Shown piece by piece: positions 1 to 8,269 of a stretch of DNA of 8,668 bases. Position numbers and translations under genes: made by a program. Position 1 is the stretch's first letter. Every line of letters starts with the position of its first letter. Origin of the DNA: Octopus sinensis. Lineage: Eukaryota. The notes under the pieces were generated by a model. It was not told where the DNA came from and searched no databases. It worked only from the letters and a program-made list of their open reading frames with translations. Where the stretch lies: NCBI RefSeq assembly GCF_006345805.1, contig NW_021828356.1:1-8668 (forward strand), read 5' to 3'.

Positions 1-289
1 ATCACCTACACCACCACAACAGAAATCCCAACTCTCTCTCTCCCTCTCCCTCTCTCTCTTCATATCTATCTTTCTATCACCTCTCACCACTACCCGCACG
101 ATATCTCACAGTCGACGGTGGCACAGCGTTATACAGAGGAAACTGAGGCAGGATGGTGGGCTGGCAACGCGTCACCATCGCTTGATGACATCATCTCACA
201 ACACCTTCTGACATGCTCTCCCATCATAGAGACTCGCATAAGAACAGTAAACCCCTAATCTCGAAGCATCATTATCATCACCGGCTTCT

Positions 290-1050
290 CCATCTTCATC
301 GCCATATATTCATCGCCATCTTCATCGCCATAGTCATCACCATCTTCATCGCCATCTTCATACCCATCTTCATACCCATCTTCATCGCCATCGTCATCGC
401 CATCTTCATCGCCATCTTCACATCATCATCGTCATCTCCATCGCCATCTTCATCGCCATCGTCATCGCCATCGCCATCTTCATCGCCATCTTCATCGCCA
501 TCTTCATCGCCATCTTCATCGTCATCGTCATCGCCATCGTCATCGCCATCTTCATCGCCATCGTCATCGCCATCTTCATCGCCATCTTCATCGCCATCGC
601 CATCTTCATCGCCATCTTCATCGCCATCGCCATCTTCATCGCCATCGTCATCGTCATCGCCATCTTCATCGCCATCGTCATCGCCATCTTCATCGCCATC
701 TTCATCGCCATCGCCATCTTCATCGCCATCTTCATCGCCATCGCCATCTTCATCGCCATCTTCATCGCCATCGCCATCGCCATCTTCATCGCCATCTTCA
801 TCGCCATCTTCATCGCCATCGCCATCTTCATCGCCATCGCCATCTTCATCGCCATCTTCATCGCCATCGCCATCTTCATCGCCATCTTCATCGCCATCGC
901 CATCTTCATCGCCATCGTCATCGTCATCGCCATCTTCATCGCCATCGTCATCGCCATCTTCATCGCCATCTTCATCGCCATCGCCATCTTCATCGCCATC
1001 TTCATCGCCATCGCCATCTTCATCGCCATCTTCATCGCCATCGCCATCGT
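290..1050. repeat. NNCATC-hexamer minisatellite (dominant 12-mer GCCATCTTCATC)
   Basis: Tandem GCCATC/TTCATC/GTCATC hexamers read directly; 565-779 is identical to 835-1049. Confidence 0.97.
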
Positions 1051-1054
1051 CGAC

Positions 1055-1351
1055 GTTATTTATTGACAGCGAACCACAGTATGCATTGATCAGGACTGGG
1101 CCCCTAGACCAACGAAGCCCCTTAGCATATCAATTCACTGGGTCCTTCCGTTATTTATTTACTGAGGGCAAGCTGTAACATACGTACATCAGAATTGGGC
1201 CCCCAAATCCGTGAGGTGCCCCAGCAAATCAGTGAACAGGGTCCTTTAGCATTTATTGACGGCAAAGCACTGAATACATATCAGAATTGAGCCCTGAACC
1301 CGTGAGACCCGCGAGCAACTGCCCCTTGTGCACGTGCCTTATGAAGACACT
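1055..1351. repeat. Degenerate ~95-99 bp tandem repeat (about 3 units), possibly internal repeats plus one end of a hAT-like non-autonomous element
   Basis: Units start at about 1055, 1150 and 1249 and share ATTTATT..., ATCAG(G/A)A(C/T)TG(G/A)GCCC, AGCA and (first two units) GGGTCCTT. Confidence 0.65.
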
Positions 1352-1489
1352 TCATTCGATTAGCTAAAAATAGCAGTCGATTTTCTATAAAACACTAACA
1401 GCGACGCCCCTGTCAAAGAAAGGAGGGATTGCCACCGTTGGAAAGTCTTTAAAGAATGGTTTGGTTAAGAATGACAAAAGCAACAATAG

Positions 1490-2100
1490 TTACTACCACC
1501 GCCACCACTACTACTACTACTACTACTACTATTACTACTACTACTACTACTATCACCATCACCACTACCACCACACCTATAACTAATACTACAACCGTCA
1601 CGACTACTACAAATACTCTCACTACTACTACTACTACCACCACCATCATCACAATCACCAATACTACTATCACTACCACTACCACCACCACTACCAGCAA
1701 CAAAACCACCACAACCACCATCGCAAAAGCCATCACCAACACCACAACCACAACCTTCACCATCATCAGCACTACCACCATTACCACCATCACCACCACC
1801 ACAAACACCACAAACACCACCACCACCACTACCACCACTACCATCACCACCACCACTGCCATCACCACCACCACTACCACCATCACAAGCACCACCACAA
1901 GCACCACCACCACCACTACCATCACCACCACCACCACTACCATCACCACAACCACCACTACCATCACCACCACCACCACCACTACCACCACCACCACAAC
2001 CACTACCACAGCCACAACCACCACCACCGCCGCCGCCGCCACCACAATCATTAACAGTAAACACATCAACAATATCAACAACAACAAAAAAAACTAACAA
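1490..2100. repeat. Compound (ACT)n/(ACC)n/(AAC)n trinucleotide low-complexity tract
   Basis: Direct reading; it generates the poly-Thr, poly-Val and poly-Gly ORFs. Confidence 0.95.
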
Positions 2101-2169
2101 TTACACACAAAAAAACCAAAAAACATACAATACGACTCCAGCTTTCATAAGAAGAATAAAGAAAAAAAG

Positions 2170-2307
2170 GCGCTGTTTACATCTCCGAGATGAAACACTC
2201 CTCCGCCATCGCCGAGCGCCGCCTCGCCTCCGCCATTTTGACTCTTCGTGTAGCTGTTGTTGTTGAAATACACAGTCAATAAATAGATTTTTAGGTGACA
2301 TAGCAAC
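2170..2307. promoter_or_regulatory. CpG-rich promoter-like island with YY1 motif (CCGCCATTTT, 2230-2239), RFX X-box (GTGACATAGCAAC, 2295-2307) and Forkhead-like TGTTTAC (2174-2180)
   Basis: Motif matches to CCGCCATNTT and GTNRCNWRGYAAC; local GC/CpG enrichment in an AT-rich context. No functional data. Confidence 0.4.
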
Positions 2308-2330
2308 ATCACATTTTTTTTCACGACATC

Positions 2331-2364
<34 letters not shown>

Positions 2365-2422
2365 TATAATATATACACATTTATACATACGTATATATAT
2401 GTATATATATATATATATATAG

Positions 2423-2457
<35 letters not shown>

Positions 2458-2880
2458 GCACACACGTATATATGTGTATATATATATATATATACACATA
2501 TATATATACCTATATATACATATACATATACATTATATATATATAATATACATATATATGTAATATATATATATAAATATTTACATATATGTGTATAAAT
2601 ATATGGGTACACACACATCTATGTATCATGAGCGTGGGTATATATATATATATATATATTATATATATTATAATTATATATATATATATATATATATACG
2701 TATATAAGTATATATATATACAAGTATATGTATATATATATTATATAAGTATATATATTATATATATACATACATATCAATAAATATTTAAATAATTTTT
2801 TTTTGTACGTAAGTATTTATCGATGATGTATGTATGTGCGTGTATATATATAGATATATATATATTATATATATATATAA

Positions 2881-2948
<68 letters not shown>
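2331..2948. repeat. Imperfect (TA)n microsatellite blocks
   Basis: Direct reading; short interruptions at about 2600-2640 and 2780-2840. Confidence 0.95.
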
Positions 2949-3019
2949 GTAGGTCCCGGGTTGATCCGGGGTTAACCACAGTAAGTAAGGTACTCAATAC
3001 ATAGCAGAGTAAAATTAAT

Positions 3020-3093
3020 TTATTATATAGAAGGAGCTTCTACAGGACTAGTACTCAGTGTACTAGTCCTGTAGAGCTCCTTCTATATAATAA
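3020..3093. repeat. Long inverted repeat (35/34-bp arms, 5-nt loop) ending a unique insert (2949-3093) within (TA)n
   Basis: TTATTATATAGAAGGAGCTTCTACAGGACTAGTAC (3020-3054) versus GTACTAGTCCTGTAGA-GCTCCTTCTATATAATAA (3060-3093); a single 1-nt indel. Confidence 0.93.
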
Positions 3094-3095
3094 TA

Positions 3096-3096
<1 letters not shown>

Positions 3097-3132
<36 letters not shown>

Positions 3133-3170
3133 GTACATATATATACATATATACATATGAGTGTGTGTGT
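3097..3170. repeat. (TA)n/(TATG)n/(GT)n microsatellite
   Basis: Direct reading. Confidence 0.9.
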
Positions 3171-3269
3171 GTTGGCATATCATATTGCACATTGCACTCT
3201 TTTAAGAATAGATGAAAAAGCATTGAGTACATTAAATATTTTGATGTATCGACAAAATATATATATATA

Positions 3270-3470
3270 ATGTGACCGCGTGTGTACCGTTGGCGATTTT
3301 TTTCCTCTGTCTTCCCTTCTCTGGATCTTTCCTTCTCCTATGTTTCCGACGAAGAGCTCCGCTCGAAACGTTGAACCCTCCTTCTTTCCTGAGCGTCCAT
3401 AATACTGTAATTGTTCCACGTCCTCGCGTTGTTGTGTTTTTTTTTTGTGCTTTCTTGTTTGGATTAACTT
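3270..3470 (+). mobile_element. Short HHR-bearing retroelement relic (Penelope-like pLTR/retrozyme type) bracketed by (TA)n
   Basis: About 200-bp pyrimidine-rich unique island between TA tracts with a central hammerhead motif; family assignment is inference. Confidence 0.55.
3342..3376 (+). ncRNA. Minimal type-I hammerhead ribozyme, variant core
   Basis: GUUU-CCGACGA-A-GAGC(UCC)GCUC-GAAA-CG-UU-GAAC. Stem I GUUU/GAAC, stem II GAGC/GCUC, palindromic stem III region AACGUU; core has U4->C. Confidence 0.72.
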
Positions 3471-3475
3471 TATAC

Positions 3476-3517
<42 letters not shown>

Positions 3518-3519
<2 letters not shown>

Positions 3520-3754
3520 GGGTGGGCCAAAAGCAGGTTTCCAGTTATCACGTAGGCACTTTAAATTTCCTTTAAAACATTTTATTACATTTAAATTTTC
3601 TATCTTACAAACTGAAAAGGGACCCTAACAAAATTAACTAAATTAGCTTAGAATAAGGGTTTCATATTATTTTTATAATTAAGATCTAAACTGTTAATTT
3701 ATGAATGCGAAAGAGATAGTTGAATAACTGTAAACCTACTTTTGGTCCAACCTG
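3518..3754. mobile_element. Tc1/mariner-type MITE, 237 bp, 31-bp TIRs
   Basis: Left TIR CAGGGTGGGCCAAAAGCAGGTTTCCAGTTAT (3518-3548) versus reverse complement of 3724-3754, CAGGTTGGACCAAAAGTAGGTTTACAGTTAT: 27/31 identical. AT-rich non-coding interior. The TA TSD is decayed (TG left, TT right). Confidence 0.88.
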
Positions 3755-4116
3755 TTTACATGAGAAAAAGAAGAAAATGGCGATTGGTGAGTTAATAATT
3801 GTTTATTATTAACAGCAAATTAATCATCAACCCTTACAGCTGTTTCAGCATAAATGTCCTTGGGGGCTAACCCCTTTTACTGAAGATATTTGGTAACACC
3901 ACGGTGCCAAATCTTATCCATTTTCACGAAATGTCTCTTGTACCACTTTTCGAAGCCCTCAACTCTGTATCCAATGTGGGTTTATCTGGAAAGAAAAAAT
4001 GCAATTAGCGTCAGTTAAGTTTGAATTTAATGCCTGCCGAGTTTAATTAGTGTATAATAAATCCCTCTTAATACAGCCTATGAACGTTTAGCCCACTCTA
4101 GTGCATATATATATAT

Positions 4117-4149
<33 letters not shown>

Positions 4150-4180
4150 CAAAATAACAACTAGGATATCCAGAGGTAAT

Positions 4181-4269
4181 ACAGTCCGATCGTTTCATGC
4201 GACTCCATTAATTGAACAATGCAAACATTTCATTACATCAATTTAAAATGTAGAGCAATCTTCAGCTGC
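4181..4269 (-). ncRNA. Degenerate hammerhead ribozyme with extended stem II, in unique island ~4150-4385
   Basis: Minus strand: GCAG-CUGAAGA-UUGC...GCAU-GAAA-CGAUCG-GA-CUGU. Stem I GCAG/CUGU and palindromic stem III CGAUCG are present, but the conserved U16.1 is G. Confidence 0.55.
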
Positions 4270-4389
4270 ACAAAGACATAGAATTTAATTAAATTAGAAG
4301 GACGCATTAGTATAATTTTACCCCAAATCTCCAAAAGGATAAGTAGATAGACAAAGAATATGTTTTACCAGCAACATCACAGGATATAT

Positions 4390-4496
4390 ATAGATAGATA
4401 GATTGATAGATAGATAGATAGATAGATAGATAAATAGATAAATAGATAGATAAATAGATAGATAGATATATAGATAGATAGATAGATAGATAGATG

Positions 4497-4557
<61 letters not shown>

Positions 4558-4584
4558 ATAGATAAGTAGATTGACAAGTAGATT

Positions 4585-4647
<63 letters not shown>
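4390..4647. repeat. (GATA)n microsatellite
   Basis: Direct reading. Confidence 0.97.
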
Positions 4648-4648
<1 letters not shown>

Positions 4649-4936
4649 TGTTTCTTTATTAGCCACACAGGGCTGCACACAGACGGGACAAAATTACAAG
4701 GTAGAGCTTTTCTTTTGGGGGTAAAAGAAGGTTTTCGATCAAAAGAGATCGTAACTGGAAAGAAATAGAACAAAAAAAGGGGGGGATAAAATAAAATTAA
4801 AAAAAAAGGGGGGGAATTGGATCAATAGGGATCGTTATCACAGAAATGTCAATATGAAGTGCAAAGGGGAGGACAGGTGAGGTTTACCCGTGGAAAGAAA
4901 AGTCTACGGAAAAGACCACGGTAACCTCGGTCAATG
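4649..4936 (-). mobile_element. Probable 5'-truncated non-LTR retrotransposon 3' UTR inserted in a (GATA)n array
   Basis: Minus strand ends with ...GTGTGGCT-AATAAA-GAAA (AATAAA at 4655-4660) running into (TATC)n. It contains pyrimidine-rich tracts and a stem-loop, with GATA arrays on both sides. Confidence 0.5.

Positions 4937-4937
<1 letters not shown>

Positions 4938-4993
<56 letters not shown>
4938..4993. repeat. (GATA)n microsatellite
   Basis: Direct reading. Confidence 0.97.
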
Positions 4994-4995
<2 letters not shown>

Positions 4996-5003
4996 GGGTG
5001 TCC

Positions 5004-5148
5004 AGTCAAGTCTGGGGAACGTGAAGGCCAGATGACATTGCCATAGCGGGAGATTATTCTCTCCCCAAGGCACTGCCGTAGCAATTGTGTTGTTTCTCTT
5101 GTACTATGTAGTACGAGCAGTTGTCCCCTCTTGCTTGAATCATGTGCG
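5004..5148 (-). pseudogene. Mariner transposase fragment (second-Asp region to WPSRSPDLT), inverted
   Basis: Minus translation RT*FKQEGTTART/..RETTQLLRQCLGERIISRYGNVIWPSRSPDLT corresponds to the WFQQDGAxAH...WPxRSPDL motifs; contains a stop and a frameshift. Confidence 0.88.
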
Positions 5149-5162
5149 AGGTCTACTTAGAA

Positions 5163-5402
5163 TGGCCTTCACGCTCCCCAGACTTGACTAGCACGGATTT
5201 TTTCTTGTGAGGATACCTGAAAGAGAGGGTTTACGTCAACAAACCGGAGACCCTGGTGCAACTGAAGGAGAACTTCAATAGAGAAATCAGAGAAGTGGAG
5301 TCTGAAACTCTTGAGGGTGTTATGGTGCAAGTTTTGGAAAGAGCACAGGTGTGCAAAGCCGAATATGGCTGCCATTTAAGCAATGTCATTTTCGATATGT
5401 GA
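5163..5402 (+). pseudogene. Mariner transposase C-terminal fragment
   Basis: WPSRSPDLTSTDFFL*GYLKERVYVNKPETLVQLKENFNREIREVESETLEGVMVQVLERAQVCKAEYGCHLSNVIFDM*; in-frame TGA at 5208-5210 replaces the conserved Trp. Confidence 0.92.
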
Positions 5403-5545
5403 TGTTGTGGTGTTGCAAAATTTGACTTGTGCAGATTAATTTCCATTATGTCCGTTATATTGCATCAAAATTTCATGCATTTATTTGTAAAGTCAAGGAA
5501 GTTATTAAAAATTGAAACCCTTTCGGTGACTTTTGGGACACTCTG

Positions 5546-6005
5546 TATATACACACGCACATACATGTATACACATACATATATACATACATACATACAT
5601 GCATGCATGCATGCATACATACATACTTAGATACATACATGCATACATACATACATACTACGTACATACATGCATACATGCATGCATACATACATACATG
5701 CATACATACATACATGCATACATACATACATACATACACACACACACGCACACATACATACATACATACATACATACATACACACATACAAACATACATG
5801 CATACATACATACAAACATACATACATACATAAATACATACATAGATACATACATACACACACATACATACATACATACATACATACATACATACACACA
5901 CATATACATACATACATACACACATACATACATACATACATACATACATACATACATACATACATACATACATACATACATACATACATACGTACATACA
6001 TACAT
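5546..6005. repeat. (ACAT)n/(CA)n/(GCAT)n compound microsatellite
   Basis: Direct reading. Confidence 0.96.
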
Positions 6006-6394
6006 AGAAACACGTATATAAACCTGCTCGTCTAGATGTACTCAGCCACAAGCTAATTCAATAAGCACGTCTCATACAATGAATCGAACAACTGAAGCGC
6101 TCATCTCCGTAACTGACGGAGAACCCATTATCCATGCGCGTGTGTGTGTGTGTAGATTGCATGTTCCATGTGCACTATATGCAAGACGTGTGCACTGAGC
6201 TGCTGCAAAGAGATAACAGCTCTTTGATGCTCGTCACTCAAGCGAGACCAATTAAGACGTTACACTCGAGCGAGTTTCTATGGGAGACGCACTGACACAG
6301 AGACACACAGACGGACCCCAGGTGGCAGCGGCATCGGCCGCGAAAGGGACGTCGACGTCGGCGGACGGGTGAAGGTTGTCATGGAGATCGTGAT

Positions 6395-6556
6395 GCTGGT
6401 GGTGGAGGTAGTGGTGGAGGTGGTGGTGATGATGGTGGTGATGATGGTGGTGATGATGGTGGTGATGATGGGGTGATAGTAACGACGATGACGGCGACTA
6501 CGACGTTGATGATGATGATGATGAAGATGATGACGATGGTGGTGATGATGATGGTA

Positions 6557-6603
<47 letters not shown>

Positions 6604-6682
6604 AGTGATGATGATGATGATGATGATGATAATAATGATGATGATGATGATGATGATGATGGTGATGTCGATGATGATGGTA

Positions 6683-6751
<69 letters not shown>

Positions 6752-6845
6752 GTGATGTCGATGATGATGGTAATGATGATGATGATGATGATGAGGTGAT
6801 GATGATGATGATGATGATGATGATGGTGGTGATGATGATGACGAT
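6395..6845. repeat. (GGTGGTGATGAT)n followed by (GAT)n
   Basis: Direct reading; the variant block GGTGATGTCGATGATGATGGTAAT occurs at 6661 and 6751. Confidence 0.95.
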
Positions 6846-7014
6846 AATGAGCGTGTCCGTGATGGGGTAGGTCGGTGGGTTTAGCACGGTGGTGGTGTCG
6901 ATCGTATGTGTGTGTGTGTGTGTGTGATGATGTCGGATGCTGGCGGCGATTGGAAGATGGGGGAGGCGGTAATGTGTTGATGCGAAGATCTGGATTGAAG
7001 AGGGTGAGGCGATG

Positions 7015-7325
7015 GTGGTATCGGTGGTGGTGGTGGTGGTGGTGGTGGTGGTGGTGGTAGTGGTAGTGGTGGTGGTGGTGGTGGTGGTGGTAGTGGTGGT
7101 GGTGATGGTGATGGTAGTGGTAGTGGTGGTGGTGGTGGTGGTGGTGGTGGTGGTAGTGGTGGTGGTGGTGATGGTGATGGTAGTGGTAGTGGTGGTGGTG
7201 GTGGTGGTGGTGGTTGTAGTACTTGTGATAGCCATTGCATCATGGCGGCGGCAGCAGTGAAGACGAATGTGATGGTGGTGATTGTTGTTGTGGTGGTGGT
7301 GGTAGTAGAGGTGGTGATGGTGCTT
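7015..7325. repeat. (GGT)n low-complexity tract
   Basis: Direct reading. Confidence 0.95.
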
Positions 7326-7339
7326 ATGATGGAGGCTGT

Positions 7340-7778
7340 GGTGTGTGTATATGTGTGAGTCATTGCGTGCGTGTGTACAAGTGTATATAAATGCGTGTGT
7401 ACTTATGTGTATGTATTCCTGCAGGTGTGTATATGTGTGTGCGCGTGTGTGTACGTGTGTATCTGTGTGTGCGCGTGTCTGTTTGTGTGTGTATACATAT
7501 GTGTGTATGTGTGTATATGTGTGTGTACTGGTGTGTGTGTGTGTGCATACACGTGTGTATGCGTGTGTGTGTGTGCGAGTGTGTGTTTGTCATTCTATGT
7601 GTTTGTGTGTGTGTACCCGTGTGTGTGTGTACGAGTGTACGTGTTTGCTTGTGTGTACGTGTGTGTGTTAGCGTACAAGTGTGTGAGTTTGTGCGTGTAT
7701 GCGTGTGCTCTTGTGTGTGTACGTGTGTGTGTGTGTGCACGCATGCGTGTGTGTGTGCGCATGCGTGTGTGTGTGTGT
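7340..7778. repeat. Degenerate (GT)n microsatellite
   Basis: Direct reading. Confidence 0.95.
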
Positions 7779-7875
7779 TTAGGGTCTGCCATTCGCTCCA
7801 GTCGAACGCTCTCCTATAGACTCCCTCGTTGGATCAAAGAGTTTACTGTTGATGCGAGTTTTGCTATTCTCCCTC

Positions 7876-7876
<1 letters not shown>

Positions 7877-7905
<29 letters not shown>
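7877..7905. repeat. (GTT)n microsatellite
   Basis: Direct reading. Confidence 0.95.
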
Positions 7906-7906
<1 letters not shown>

Positions 7907-8233
7907 AGTTGCTTTTATGAATTCCCATCTCATGACATGACCATCCTCCCCGAACCCACCACCTCCACCTCCACCACTATCACCCACTTCTAAGACATCG
8001 TCTATCCAGGAGTACATTTATCAAATGTGCGCTTCCTATATCATTCTTTATCAGACGAAGCTTGAGCGTATCAGAAGCAGACTTGACTGCCATGTTTGTC
8101 AGCTTAACGTGGCTGAGTATCTCGCGTAACTAATTCCATGTAGCAGGAGTCGAACTCCACTAAACAGTACGCTAAATTCCAAACTACGAACTAACGTGTG
8201 TATTAGTTTGACGCTAGATGAAAGTGAGAAGGT

Positions 8234-8269
8234 CTTTTACATTTCGAGCGTACGCTCTTCATCAGAAAG
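8234..8269 (-). ncRNA. Minimal type-I hammerhead ribozyme with intact catalytic core
   Basis: Minus strand: CUUU-CUGAUGA-A-GAGCG(UA)CGCUC-GAAA-UG-UA^-AAAG. Perfect CUGANGA and GAAA boxes, stem I CUUU/AAAG, palindromic stem II, GUA cleavage triplet. Confidence 0.82.

Larger units (their letters stand above)
4994..5545. mobile_element. Internally deleted and rearranged mariner-like (DD41D-type) DNA transposon
   Basis: TA-GAGGGTGTCC left TIR stub (4994-5003) versus right end ...TTTTGGGACACTCTG-TA (reverse complement CAGAGTGTCC, 8/10 match); transposase remnants inside; TA on both flanks. Confidence 0.85.

Noticed and set aside
132-150. ACAGAGGAAACTGAGGCA, similar to the MIR/CORE reverse strand
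   Set aside because: Too short and no flanking SINE similarity.
213-1178. 321-aa ORF resembling a TM segment plus Ser/Pro mucin-like stalk
   Set aside because: Both the IFIA and SSSP regions are different frames of the same minisatellite; no complex domain or splice evidence.
290-1351. CRISPR-like array
   Set aside because: No constant repeat with unique spacers, no cas genes, and the context is eukaryotic.
1449-2100. Poly-Thr mucin-like, poly-Val and Gly-rich ORFs
   Set aside because: A trinucleotide repeat open in several frames on both strands; artefact.
3880-3935. Plus-strand CTGAAGA...hairpin...GAAA as a hammerhead
   Set aside because: Stem II does not close next to GAAA and no stem I can form.
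290-7325. Window-scale inverted symmetry (ATC/ACC repeats on the left, GAT/GGT on the right)
   Set aside because: Order and variant patterns do not mirror each other and the unique flanks are unrelated.
5427-7940. Numerous ORFs (YVCM, HTYI, poly-M, poly-P, poly-T, CV repeats)
   Set aside because: Translations of ACAT, GAT, GGT and GT microsatellites.
7779-8017. Possible exon (AG after the GT tract; 67-aa minus-strand ORF MYSWIDD...)
   Set aside because: No recognisable domain in any frame; half of it is simple repeat and stops occur early.
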